From Eledone cirrhosa (taxonomy: Eukaryota): 64,000 bases of DNA. How positions within the stretch are numbered: position 1 is the first letter of the stretch; each line of letters opens with the position of its first letter. A model generated the notes under the pieces. That model saw nothing but the letters and a program-made list of their open reading frames with translations, was not told where the DNA came from and searched no databases. Position numbers and translations under genes: made by a program. Location: assembly GCA_964016885.1 (NCBI GenBank), contig OZ024743.1:220534001-220598000 (forward strand), read 5' to 3'. Below, piece by piece: positions 1 through 12,000 of this stretch.

Positions 1-638
1 AATATGTCCCTATCCTTACTTCTAACTAAGAATCTATCTAAGTACGATCTAGATTGACCATTGGGTTCGTCCAAGTCCAGGTTGGCACAGTTGGAAAATC
101 TAGTCGATATCTATCGACCAAGTTAAAACGGTCGAGTAAGCCCTTGATGCTGTTACACCCCCTCTATTAGGACATGCTCCTGCATAGTCCCAACGTGCAT
201 CTAGGATGTCATTCCAATCCCCCGCTAGAAGCAGGGAACGCGACGTTCCCAGAAAAGTCTCCAGACGCTGGAAGAAGTCGGGTCGTTCAGCTCCGAACGG
301 GGAGTAGACGGCGACCAGTCTCAAGGCCGCACCTCCACTACTGCCAACGTCTAGCACCAACAAACGACCTTCCGGGTCCGAGTGAACAACCTGTACGGCG
401 AGACCCAGGTGTTTTCCAGCAGTACGACAACCCCATCCCCACCTCCAGGTTGACAGAGAGATGCGTGCACCTCAAAGTCATCGAAGGTAGGGGCCAGCTG
501 CCGCACGACGCTGATCCGAGTCTCACAGATAACCATTACATTTATACCACGTGACCTGAGGTCATTTAGAAGCTTTGCTTGCTTCCAAGTTGAGCCCAGG
601 CCACGTGCATTCAAACATCCTACTCTTAACACATCCAT
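1..638 (-). pseudogene. Tx1 ORF2 N-terminus (APE endonuclease), frameshifted
   Basis: MDVLRVGCLNARGLG...ICETR, then LRLVAVYSP...LAGDWNDILD in a shifted frame. Highly similar to the start of ORF 4309-6534. Confidence 0.85.
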
Positions 639-761
639 GTGGGCGGCAAAGCCAAAGGAGAGTGTAGAGACCTACCTTTCTGCTTCCCGGGTTTCGGGTC
701 GCACAACTCCATGGGTACGGGGGTGTTGGGTGAAGAGGTGTCTTGTGGTGGTGTGGGGTCG

Positions 762-2564
762 TCAATGTGTGGTGGGGTTGGGGTGTTTGGAGTTGTGTTG
801 GGGAGGGGGAAAGCTTTTTAGGAGGACGCGGTTTATGGGTTTGACAGAGGGTGGTCCTACGTCCTCCTTAAAATCCCTTTTTAGTTTTTGGTAGAGGTTC
901 ATTGGGATCTTTATTAAGTTTAAATGTGGGTAGTTTTCTGAAGAAACAAAGTTTACCCCTTCGGTTTGTACAGAAGGGTTATTGTTTATGAGTTCATTTA
1001 ATTTATTATTGTTTCTGTTGATGTAAGTATAGTGTAATGTCTTTTTTTCGGATGGTGTGAGTGTTTCGAAGAGGGGAGGGGCAGGTTTAGTTTTGTTTGT
1101 TGCTGGAGGAGTGTTTTGTGTTTTGTTGGATTGTGTTGATATTTGGGTAGGGGCTGTTTGGCCTTGTGTGTTTTGCACATGTTTTCTTTTTTTCCTTTTA
1201 ATCTGTCTGAAGGACTCCGTTTCTTCCTCCGAATTCGTTGGGTTATCTTCAGTGTTGGAGGGAAGAGGTATGTTTGCTGGTAATGTTTCCGTGTTGGTTT
1301 TCTTTGTGGGGGAGATGGATGTCAATATGTTAGACTGTGTTGTGTGTTGTGGCTGCGGTGGTTGTGTTGTTTTATTGAGTGAGGGGTTGGGTGGGACTGT
1401 GTTTTGTTTTTGGGTAATGTGTTGTGTCTGTTTGTGTTGTGGTGGTGGTGTAATTTTACTGAGAGACGGGTTGGGTGGGACTGAGTTTTGTTGTTTGTTT
1501 ATCTGTTGTGGTGGTGGTGGAGCTGATGTTGGTAGCAGGGTTTTCTTCTTGTTGAGTTGGGGACAAGCCGCCTTCAGGTGCCCTCTGCCTGCACAGATAT
1601 GACAGGACGGCCTTCTCCCCTCCACGCTAATGTTTATATACCCGTGGCCCTCTAATAGGATTCTGTCGGGTATTTGGGCAATGCGTTCAGGCTTCATTTG
1701 CACTACAAGTTCTATACCTGTTCCACTGAACGCATTGCCTGTGGTTTTCCCAATGGAAATCACGTTGTCATTCGCTGGATCGATGAAGCCAGCTATGAGC
1801 CAGCAGTAGTCCATATCTGGCATCATCGCATCCAGCCATATGCGCTGAGTTCTTTTACCCATATAAGATGGATAAAAGGTAAAATTTGTCGAACGAATCG
1901 GCGACAAAGCATATTTTTTTGCCGCTGATTCGTTCTTCATAATAATGGCTAGGCTTCCATACAGCCTGTCTCTTCTTATGAAAGTGGCTTCATTAAGTAC
2001 TTCTCTAAGTACTGCTTTAATTTCTGCTTGTGTTGGTTGTTGAGGTTTTTTTGAGATGCTGTTGATTGTGCGGAAAACGACCGTCCGACTTTCAATATCT
2101 TTGGTGAGTTCTTGGGGCATTTTTACCGATAAGGTTCCATTTTCCCCTTGAGTTATGAATTGTTTGGCGTTTTTTATTCTTTGTGCCACATCTGAAATAT
2201 TTTCAGGTATATATGTTAAAGATTTTTTTGTTGTTTGTGCAAATGAGATATTATTGGTGTTGACTTTGTCGTCTGTTTTGCTTTCTGTTATGATGTTGTT
2301 TTCAAATGTTATTTTTGTGTTTGTTGTTTCTTTGTTTGTGGTATTAATATTGTCATGCAATTCTTTCAATTTTTTGTTGTTGTTGGAATCAATCTCCAGA
2401 TTTGTGTTTTCGTCATTTTTCTCCGCACATTCGTCTGTTTTTATTTTATTTTTTCTTTCCTTCTCTATCACTTTAGTTGGGAAGGAAGGGAGGACTAAAG
2501 CGTGCGAGCTTACAACTCTTACCGCTGTCCCCCCACCACTATTTTCGTTAGCTTCGTTTAACAT
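762..2564 (-). CDS. Tx1-type ORF1 (gag-like nucleic-acid-binding protein); homologous C-terminus continues to the stop at 672-674
   Basis: 600 aa with EGRRPSCHICAGRGHLKAACP (CX2CX4HX4C), homologous to 6535-8322. Reading past the TGA at 762 gives ...RPETREAER*, matching ...QPDTRDAER* of copy 2. Confidence 0.85.
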   Translation of the reverse strand: MLNEANENSGGGTAVRVVSSHALVLPSFPTKVIEKERKNKIKTDECAEKNDENTNLEIDSNNNKKLKELHDNINTTNKETTNTKITFENNIITESKTDDKVNTNNISFAQTTKKSLTYIPENISDVAQRIKNAKQFITQGENGTLSVKMPQELTKDIESRTVVFRTINSISKKPQQPTQAEIKAVLREVLNEATFIRRDRLYGSLAIIMKNESAAKKYALSPIRSTNFTFYPSYMGKRTQRIWLDAMMPDMDYCWLIAGFIDPANDNVISIGKTTGNAFSGTGIELVVQMKPERIAQIPDRILLEGHGYINISVEGRRPSCHICAGRGHLKAACPQLNKKKTLLPTSAPPPPQQINKQQNSVPPNPSLSKITPPPQHKQTQHITQKQNTVPPNPSLNKTTQPPQPQHTTQSNILTSISPTKKTNTETLPANIPLPSNTEDNPTNSEEETESFRQIKRKKRKHVQNTQGQTAPTQISTQSNKTQNTPPATNKTKPAPPLFETLTPSEKKTLHYTYINRNNNKLNELINNNPSVQTEGVNFVSSENYPHLNLIKIPMNLYQKLKRDFKEDVGPPSVKPINRVLLKSFPPPQHNSKHPNPTTH

Positions 2565-3089
2565 TTCTGCCAGACGACTGAAATTTTATGACACAAAATT
2601 TAAAAAAACAGGTTTTTCACCCCTGGGAGGGGCGAAGATGAGCTGACCCACCGCCTGACAGTTCAGACGGGGGGGGGGGGGGTCAAGCTACACAATAGTA
2701 TCAAAATTAAAATTAAACTTACAAAATTTCCGCAATAAATTGGAACAAAACTTCTGCGCGAAGTGAATTACGTCTACGCTGTCGAACAGACGACAGCTAG
2801 ATTAAGAGATAGAGATAGATAGATATATTTCTTTTATTTGCCACTAGGGCATCAAAAGTGGGACAAGTAAAAAGGGGGGAGTTTACACAAAAAGGCGTCC
2901 TCAATAAGGAGAAGGCAATAACAAAATATAAAAATAAAATAAGATATAACAAAAAATAAAATTTTTAACAAAATCCTCAATAGAGAGGAGGCGCCTTGGG
3001 GGGTCGCACACACCCCCGAAAAAAGTGTGCAACCCTTCTCCTCAGGAGCACAGAGAAGGGGTGCTCCCTTGGTCTTTCATCTTCCTCAC

Positions 3090-6000
3090 CTATAGTCTGA
3101 TGTAGAGTGGAGGCCCATTCACACGGGCCATTCTCGCCACTTTCACCCATCTTTCATAGAAACGACTGGGGTGCAGCACCTCTCTCTCCATCCTGATCCT
3201 TCTTCCGAAATGATATCGGAAGAAACGGACCAGTTGTTGGCCAGAGAGAAAGGTGCCCGACCTCAGTCCTTTCAGACGCGTCCACCATACAACCTCTTTC
3301 GCCATGGCTATTACGCACAGAAACACCGCCTCTGCTTCATCTTTGAAGGGGGGAGGCGGCTTGATCATTACAATAGACTCGGTGGTCAACCGGATCGGTC
3401 CCACCCTTGACAGCAGTTGTTCGACATAGCCCCACAGATCGGCTACGCCCGAGCAGTGTACTAATGCGTGTGCAACGGTTTCCTCGTCGCACACGCATCT
3501 GGGACAGATCTTTTTGGCGGGGTCCCTACCCGGGCGCCCGTGTCTGTAGAGCCTTTCTCGAACGGGTAAAGCCCCTCGGTAGCACTGCCAGGCCAGGGAC
3601 TTCTGGAAGTTGTCCATAGGTCCCGGGCTGAATGTCCTACCGAACAGGCTGGCCAGTTCGTCCTCCTCCATGTCTAGGGCTTCTCCGAGGGCGTCGTCGC
3701 ACCTGCTGCGTACCAGCCCTCTATAGAATGTTGCGGTGGAGTCTCCACTGATAACCGGATCCGCCTGCCAGAGGGCGGTGAGCGCCTGGGCACACTCAGT
3801 GTGCCAGGCGCCCAGTTTTCTCGGTCTTTGCTTGACCCAGGATTGCAGCTCGGTGAGTGAGACGAGTCTGGGAAAGGTTCGTCTCACAAACGAGGCCCAC
3901 ACCGGTTGTCCGGTGAGGAATACGTAGAGGTGCCGTAGCCTTAATGCGTGTTTACGCATCATTAGCCACGGCATCCCCAGCCCTCCTTTCGAAGGGTGTT
4001 GACAGTAGATGGATCTCCTCACCATAGGAGCCCGCCTCTTCCAAAGGAATTGGAAGAGCGCGCGCTCCATCTTGGTGAGGGTTTCCCTTGGGCAGGGCAC
4101 TACGGTCAGGCGGTAGTAGATGACGGACGCTATGTAGGTGTTCGCCACCTCCGCCCGACCTTTCAGGGATAGTTTGCAACTGGCCCACTTCTGGGTCAGT
4201 GCAAACACCCTGTTCGTAACCTCCGCCCAGTTTTTCTCCACCTGGAGGTCCGGTCCGAACCAGACCCCGAGCAACTTCACCGGGCCCTCCGTCCAGCGTC
4301 CGACGACGCTATCGGAGGGCATCGGTCTGCCCCTCCACGATCGACTTGTCCCGGTTCAGCTTAGCCCCTGTGAACTTTTCGTACTCCTCCAGTAAGGTGC
4401 CGACCGCCTCGATTTCGGAGGCCGTCGACACCATTACTGTCACGTCATCGGCGTAGGCCGACACCGCTTTCCGCAATCCCGGTTCCAAAGGGATGCCCTG
4501 CAACAACTCCAACTTCCGCAGTAGTGGCTCGAGAGTCAACACATACAGAAGGGAGGAGAGAGGGCACCCTTGTCGGATGGACCGCGCGATTTTGAACGGC
4601 TCCGAGAGGTAGCCGTTCACCTTGACCCTAGAGCAGATGCGGCTGCTGTGCATAGCAGTGATCCAGCCCCTGAAAACGGGCCCGAAGCCTGCCGCCGCTA
4701 GCACCGCATCCAGGTAACCATGGTCGACCCTATCGAACGCCTTAGATTGATCCAAGTTGATCAGAGCCCCACCAAAGCCGGGTTCGTTCCCAACCCTCTC
4801 TATGATGTATCGCATGAGGTGGAGGTTGTCATGGATGGACCTGGACGGGATAGCGCATGTCTGCGCATCTCCCACCAGGTTGCCCACGACAAGCGCCAAC
4901 CTCTTTGCTAGCACCTTGGCCAAAATCTGTAACTCTGTATTTAGCAGTGTTATGGGCCTGAAGTTACTTATTTCGTCCCCCTTGTTCTCGTCCTTCCTCA
5001 CTAGCGTGACTACGCCCTTGGTCACAGTACAGGGAATTCTCCCGTTCTGTTGCCAGTTGCAGTAGACCGCCTCGAGGAGATCGGGGAACAAGTCCGGCAT
5101 AGCTAGATATAATTCGTAAGGAAGACCATCGAGACCCGGGGATTTGCGTTTGCCGCATTGGCTCAGCACGTCCTCTATCTCAGCGGCCGAAATCGGCTCC
5201 TCGCAGGACTTCGCCTCCCTGTCCGAGAGGCGCGGCAGGCCGTCGAGGTATGGACCGAAGTCCACGTTCCCAACCGGCTCCCCGCCCCTCCCGAACAGTC
5301 GGGCAAAGTGCCTTTGAAAGGCCTCACACATCTGCTTAGGCTCAAGAATCGCCCGTCCATCCAGGTCTCGCAAAGACCGGATGGTGGATTTAGTTCCACT
5401 GTTGGCCTCTGTCACGCGGGCCCAGCTAACAGCTTTGGTCCCCTCGTTCCCTAGAGCACGTATTTTACTTCGGACAACGCAGCCTTCGTGCTTCGCGTCG
5501 AAAAACTGGCTCAAAGCCGTTCTCGACGCTAGCACTCTGGCCACGTCGCCGCTTCTAATTGCCTCTTCTACTCTATCTATTAGCTCCCTTTCCTTCCTAT
5601 TCCTATCCGCAGCTAGAACCTTACTAAATTCTATCGAGACTACTCTAATCTCTCTCTTTAGAGATACCCACCACCTGCTGTTGACGATCGCTCCAGTCAA
5701 CCGTTCCTTAACTAACGTACTAATCCGATTCCTGTAGGCTCTACTTGCCGGCAAGGACAAGTTGAGCTTCCAGTAACCGGGGCCCTGTCTATGAGTTCTG
5801 TCAAGGTTGACCATGCAGGTCACTAATTTGTGGTCTGAATAGCCAACCATGCGCATTTTTGGACAACTTAAAAAGTACTTATCCTTAATTCTAACTAAGA
5901 ACCTATCTAGGTACGACCTAGATGATCCGCTACGATTTGCCCAAGTCCAGGTTGGCGCAGTCGGAAAATCTAGTCGATATCTATCGGCCAGGTCAAATCG

Positions 6001-6510
6001 ACCGATTAACCCTTTGAGGCTATTACACCCCTCTCTATCGGGGCAGGCCCCTACGTAGTCCCAGCGTGCATCTAGGATACCATTCCAGTCCCCCACTAAT
6101 AGCAAGGAGCGGGACGTCCCTAGAAAAGTCTCCAGACGATGGAAGAAGTCCGGCCGCATTGACCCGAAAGGGCCGTAGGCGGCTACCAACCTAAACGCTC
6201 CGCCTTTACCACTGCCAAGGTCCAGAACCACTAGTCGACCCTCCGGGTCCAAATGTACCATCTGTGTTGCGAGACCCAGATGTTTTTGCAGCAGAACGAC
6301 AACTCCACCCCCACCTCCGGGCTGACAGAGAGATGCGTGCATCTCAAAGTCATCAAAGGTGGGGGCCAGCTGTCGCACGTTGCTGATCCGGGCCTCGCAA
6401 ATAACCATCACATCTATACGTTGTGACCTGAGGTCATTTAGAAGCATTGCTTGCTTCCAAGTTGAACCCAGGCCACGCGCATTTAAACAGCCTACTCTTA
6501 GCATAGCCAT
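3090..6510 (-). pseudogene. Tx1 ORF2: APE endonuclease + reverse transcriptase + C-terminal CCHC, with one frameshift near 4340
   Basis: APE (GDWN, SYLDRF, SDHKLV); RT (KSPGLDGL, FRPITLLN, DQSKAFDRVDH, RQGCPLS, AYADDVTV); continues in ORF 3090-4322 with CPRCVCDEETVAHALVHC. Confidence 0.93.
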
Positions 6511-6534
6511 GTTGGTGGTGAAGAGAAAAGGCAC

Positions 6535-8322
6535 TTACCTCTCTGCGTCCCGGGTATCGGGCTGCACAATTTCCATTAGGGTGGGGGATGGGTTGTTGGG
6601 TGGGGTAGTGGTTTGTGGAAGTGTGGGGGCATCAGTGTGTTGTGTGGTTGGGGAGCTTGGAGTTGTGAGGGTGTTTGGGGAGGGGGTGGGATAGTTTTTT
6701 AGGAGGACGCGGTTAATGGGCCCGACGCAGGGGGGACCCACGTCCTCTTTAAAATTGTTTTTTAAAGTTTTATAGGTGTCCTGTGGGGCCTTAATCATTT
6801 TGAGGTGGGGGAAATCCCCTGCCTGGGTGAAGTTAGGCCCTTGTGTTTTTATTAGATTGTTGTTGTACACAATGTTTAACAGTTTTTTGTTTCTTGTATT
6901 TATGTATGTGTATGCATGTTTTTGTTTTTGTGTGGTGTTTTTTGTTTGCTGTTGTGAGCTCTTTTGTGTTGGTGTCAGTGTTATGTTTTGGGGAGGGTTT
7001 TTTTTCATTTGTGTGTCTGAGGTGTGTTTTCTTTTTTTTCTTTTGATTGTGTGGAAGTGCTCCTCCTCGTCGGACGACGAACTAGGGTCATCTTCCGCGT
7101 TGGAGGGGAGGGGTATATTTTCGGGTTGTGTTTGCGGTACGGGTGTTTTGGAAATTGTTTTTGTTTTTTGAGTGGAGGGGATGGGTTGGACATTGTTTTG
7201 TTTTGGTTTGAGCTGTGGTGGTTGTTTTTGTAGTGGTAGTTGTGGTGATTGTGTTGGTTGTGCAGTTGTTGGTGGTGTAGGCAGGATTGGGGTTTTCTTA
7301 TTAAGTTGGGGACAGACAGCCCTCAGGTGACCTCTGGTTCCGCAGAGGTAACACGAGGGCCGTCTACCCTCAACGGTAATGTTGATGAAGGTTAGATCAT
7401 CCAGTATGACGCGTTCAGGGATCTGGGCGATCCTTTCGGGCCTCATTTGAACTACAAGTTCGAGGCTCGTTCCACTGAACGCGTCACCCGATGCCTTTCC
7501 CATGGACACCAGCATGTCATCCTCCAGGTCCAGAAAACCTGTCAAAACCCACCATATGTCCATAATCGGCAGGATGGTGTGGATTTTTATTTTTTGTGTT
7601 CTTCTACCCATGTACGTAGGGTAGAAGGTGTATGCGGTGGATGTGATTGGTTTGATGGACAGTTTCACTGCTGTGTCCCTGTCCTTCATGAGAATGGATA
7701 GACTCCCGTAGAGTCTATCCTTCTGAATGAAGGTGATGTCCTTCATGACGTCTTTTAAAACCAGCTCTATCTCGCTCTGTGATGGTTGAGCTGGTTTTTT
7801 ACTTTTGTTCGAGATTGTCCTAAACATGACCGTGTTTAGGAGTCTCTGGCTTTTTAGTTCCGGGGGGGAATGGATTGTGAATGAACCATTTTCCCCGTAC
7901 ACTATATATTTTTTCGCATCCGCCAGTAGCTCCTTCGCTTTTGTTATATCTACTGGCAGATAGTCGAGGGTTTTCCTTGTCGTCTCGGCGAAGGAGAAAT
8001 TTTGTTTGTTTGTGTTGTTGTTGTCGTTGGTGGTGTTGTTGTTATCATTGTTGTTGTTGTCACCGTTATTGGTCTTGTTGTTGTTATTGTTATTGTTATT
8101 GGTGTTGCTTTCGTCCGTCGCATTGTTGTTGTTGTTGCTGTTGCTGCTGGTTCTTTGGGTTGTTGCCATGGCAACGTCAAGTTGTCGGTTAACAGGTGGA
8201 GAGAATTCTTCCTCTGGCTGACCTATCTTCTTGACCTCTGCTACTGTGACAGTGGCAGGGGGAAGCTGTAAGTTCATTTTCCCCTTTCCTCCTTCGAATT
8301 TTGGTGAAGAAGCTTCGGCCAT
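6535..8322 (-). CDS. Tx1-type ORF1 (CCHC zinc knuckle, poly-Asn tract)
   Basis: 595 aa intact; EGRRPSCYLCGTRGHLRAVCP; lies directly upstream of ORF2. Confidence 0.88.
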   Translation of the reverse strand: MAEASSPKFEGGKGKMNLQLPPATVTVAEVKKIGQPEEEFSPPVNRQLDVAMATTQRTSSNSNNNNNATDESNTNNNNNNNNKTNNGDNNNNDNNNTTNDNNNTNKQNFSFAETTRKTLDYLPVDITKAKELLADAKKYIVYGENGSFTIHSPPELKSQRLLNTVMFRTISNKSKKPAQPSQSEIELVLKDVMKDITFIQKDRLYGSLSILMKDRDTAVKLSIKPITSTAYTFYPTYMGRRTQKIKIHTILPIMDIWWVLTGFLDLEDDMLVSMGKASGDAFSGTSLELVVQMRPERIAQIPERVILDDLTFINITVEGRRPSCYLCGTRGHLRAVCPQLNKKTPILPTPPTTAQPTQSPQLPLQKQPPQLKPKQNNVQPIPSTQKTKTISKTPVPQTQPENIPLPSNAEDDPSSSSDEEEHFHTIKRKKRKHTSDTQMKKNPPQNITLTPTQKSSQQQTKNTTQKQKHAYTYINTRNKKLLNIVYNNNLIKTQGPNFTQAGDFPHLKMIKAPQDTYKTLKNNFKEDVGPPCVGPINRVLLKNYPTPSPNTLTTPSSPTTQHTDAPTLPQTTTPPNNPSPTLMEIVQPDTRDAER

Positions 8323-8533
8323 TTAAAAAAAATATTGACTTTTCAACAAGAAAAAACTTTTTTTTTAACTATTTCGCCTAAAGGCGTAGAATATTTTGAG
8401 AGACTGACCAGATCAAAGTTTGACCTGGCAGTCCCTCTACAAAATGGTACAAAAATTAAAGTTATCAGACAAGAATTTCTATAGAAATTTAAACAGAACT
8501 TACTCAGCAAGTTATACGCGTGTGTCCATCCCA

Positions 8534-8534
8534 G

Positions 8535-8569
<35 letters not shown>

Positions 8570-8582
8570 ACAAGAGAGACAT

Positions 8583-8623
<41 letters not shown>

Positions 8624-8640
8624 GATAGATAGATAGATAT
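8534..8640. repeat. (GATA)n microsatellite between Tx1 copies 2 and 3
   Basis: Direct reading; a shorter tract of the same motif lies at 2806-2827 between copies 1 and 2. Confidence 0.95.
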
Positions 8641-8978
8641 ATTTCTTTATTAGCCACAGGGGCACAAAAGAAGGGGACAAATACAAAGGGGGAAGTTTAC
8701 ATACAATAAAAACGTGTAAAATGTTATCACAGATGGAATTTAAAAGTTAGTCGATTTTCCCCAATAGAGGGAGACAGTTTATATGGGTAACACAGACCCC
8801 CGAAAAAAATGTGCAACCCTCATCTCCAGGAGTACGAAGAGCTTGTACTCCTTTCCTCTCCTCCTCCTTTTCCTCAACCTACAGGCTGATATAGAGAGAA
8901 GGCCCATTCACTCGGGCCATTCTCGCCACTTTCACCCACCTTTCATAAAACTTGCTGGGGTACAGCACCTCTCTCTCC
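8641..8978 (-). mobile_element. 5'-truncated Tx1 copy 3 (last ORF2 codons and 3' UTR only)
   Basis: Homologous to 2828-3190: shares ggccattctcgccactttcaccca and ccccgaaaaaa.tgtgcaaccct, and has the same 3' terminus. Confidence 0.85.
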
Positions 8979-8985
8979 GAGAGAG

Positions 8986-9042
<57 letters not shown>

Positions 9043-9044
9043 AT

Positions 9045-12000
9045 TATGTATGTTATATTGTTATTGTAATCTACAAAGGTCTTTTGTTGACAACAGTGGG
9101 AGTAGTTCTCTAAACTTCTTCCATCCTATCCTTATTCTAGCTATTATACTCTCGATACACCCTCTTCTACCGATAAGTATGTATGTTATCTCTTCTTAAT
9201 TTCGAGTATATTTTTTTGACCGGCCACCTTCCTGGCGGCAAGGTTGTAAAAGAAAAGAAATTGTCATCCCTTGAATCGCAAGAATGTTTTGCAAATTTTG
9301 AAGGTGCCAGCTATCGCAGCCATTTGTAGACTATGAATTAGGGAGCTGCGCTCTTTGTCCGCAAATCCAAGTTCAGTCATTCTTTGGTCCAAGCGGGTTG
9401 GTATATAACCCGTAGCTCCAAAAATGATGGGTATGAAGCTAAAAGTGTATCTTCGATACTGGATTTGTAAACTCCTCATCCGTAGATGTCCGTAGATGTC
9501 CCCCTTCTCCTGTATTTTTCTGACAACGTTTACATCAAGTGGGCAGCTGATCTCCACAACAGAACACGTTTTCAATGTGTGGTCCCAAACAACAATATCA
9601 GGCCGGTTGTGCTTTAATTTGGTGGCAGTTTTTATTTTCAGGTTCCACCAGTATTCCTTAGTGCCATCTGTCTCTATATATTCTTCCTCGTTTGTTGTTA
9701 CTTTTGTTTTCCGAAGCGCGTTCCAGATGGTTCTAGCTATCCCATCGTGCCTCATGGGGAGGTAGTAGCGAGATGACATTCTTTCGCAGCTGGCAACAAT
9801 GTGGCTTACATCCTCGATCTTTGTTTTACATAGCCTACATTTATTGTCAGCTGATGGCCCTCCTCTTTTGTGCAGCAGATATTTGGTAGGGAGTTCTTGT
9901 TCCTGTATTGCATAGAGATATGCCTCAAGGTGTGATGTCATAAACTTGTCGGAACTCCATGCCAGGCTTTTTGAGTGGTTTATCCCCTCTATGGTCTGTG
10001 TTTTACGTCTCAAGTATCCATGCACAACTTTTTCTGTAAATTGGTCAATTTTTTCATCTTGTTTGAACATTGAATAGGATCTTCCGATTTCTCTGGGTGA
10101 GAGATTTATATCAGGCTTTATTCCATATCTCTCCTCCAGATCAGTGGCTATTCTAATGATAATTTTTTTTTCATGCTCATAAATCTGGGCAAGATGGTTA
10201 CCAACCTTTTTCCTCTGTTGAAGATGTTGCTTCAGTGTTACTATCCGGGTCTCATATGATGTTAATATGGATTTTAAACCCTGGCCACCTTCCTTGCGTG
10301 AGAAGTATAGCCTACCCCATCATCATTGATGTTAAAGTTCCCAGAAACACTGAGAAGTTTGCGAGTTCTAACATCCATCTCACTTAGTTCTTGCAATGAC
10401 AAGTTCAGCAGGCCAAATGTTGGCGTTAGAATTAGCACAGCCTAAGTATTGTGGGCAATGTATTTGTTGTACGCTGACAGTTCTGATGACCATATTTTCT
10501 TTACTATTTTGAGGTATTCAGTACTGGTTCTCTCATTATTTATGGGTCCATCATATCTGACATTCTCATCCTGTCCAAGATATCTGTAGTTGTCACCTGA
10601 CTGTAGAGGTTGTATTGTCAGGCCGTTCATCTATAGATTTCTAGAGGAGGGCACAGCTCTTCCACGTTTTACTGCTAAATATGCACACTTGGACTCACCA
10701 AATTTCATGTTGATGTCTGTTGAAAATTGTGTAATGAGGTCCAATTGTTTCTTGATGTCATTGATATTTGGCCCATACAATTTCAGGTTATCAACAAAGA
10801 AAAGATGGGAGATACTTCTGGACCCAGTTCTTTGTCCACCTTGTTTCCTGAGTAGGTAAGATAGTGGATTTAATGAGAGAACAAAGAGTAGCACTGACAA
10901 GCTATCACCCTGAAAGATGCCCTTCTGGTAATGTATCTTATCAGTCTTAACTTGCTCCTTCTCACCTCTAAGGATCAAATTGGTGTACCAGTTCTTGGTC
11001 AGACGTTCAACAGCAGCTACCAGTGGGTGTAGGATTTTGGCTAACTGTAAAGCCTTAACAATCCACCCATGAGGTACACTATCAAATGCGATTCTTTGTT
11101 GTTTTTTCTTGAATCATTTTATTAGTTAGTAGGTGATCTATGCAACCCCACACCTCCCTCTTTCCACCATCTTGCTCAGGTGTTATGATGTTGTTGGTAG
11201 CACAGTGATCCTGTAAGAACAGGTTAAGGCACCCAGTATATAATTTATACATGATGTTTTGGCAGGCTATTGGGCGGTAATTTTTAGCAAGGGTGGTTTG
11301 GCTATTTTGGGGAATGAGGAGAGTAGTGGCAGTTGATAACCATCTGGGCAGTTCTTGTGTGCCTTTAGTGGTTTCTGTAAACGGCCGTATGAGATCTTAC
11401 CGATAGAAAGTGAAATTCTTCAACCAGTATCCTGTAAAGAGGTTTGGGCCTGGTGATTTCCTATTCGACATTTTCTGTATAGCTGTTTCCAGTATTGGCC
11501 CATCTATGTCATATTGTTTTGTCTGGACATGTTGGTAGTAGTCCTGTTCCAATTCTTTTAGACAATTAGTTTGTCTGTTGAATCCGTCGTCCGTTTCCCA
11601 TACAGATCTCCAGTAGCTCTCAACCTGTTCCTTTGAAGGGGTGTCATTTACAGAGATTGAGCTTTTGCCACCGAAGCTGCGATAAACTGATTTAGGATCT
11701 ATGGCAAACAATCTATTTAGCACTTGTCGTTTATGTGCTGTTGACTTATATTTTAGTCTTTCTGTTGTAGCTGTGAGTTGTTGTTTCAACTGGTGTAATT
11801 TGGTGTTTAAAGTTTTAAATTTTGTATCTCCAAATCGTCTCTCTAACCTTTTTTTAGTTTTTCCTGGTGTCGTGTGAAGTTGCTCTCTATGTTGCATTTC
11901 ATAACAACTGCGATGTGTGAGATACTTCGCCTCAGGGACAACATTTTTCTTTTTAAATTTCGCTTCCACGCTGGTTCAGGCTTTTTGTTTGTATCTTGAT

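Larger units (their letters stand above)
1..2805 (-). mobile_element. L1/Tx1-clade non-LTR retrotransposon, copy 1 (5' part; runs off the window start)
   Basis: 5' UTR next to (GATA)n at about 2805, ORF1 with a CCHC knuckle, then ORF2 starting with an APE endonuclease (CLNARGL, GDWN). Collinear with and homologous to the 2828-8533 element. Confidence 0.9.
2828..8533 (-). mobile_element. L1/Tx1-clade non-LTR retrotransposon, copy 2 (full length, about 5.7 kb)
   Basis: 5' UTR, ORF1, ORF2 (APE-RT-CCHC) and a 3' UTR ending aataaaagaaa on the minus strand; flanked on both sides by (GATA)n. Confidence 0.93.
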
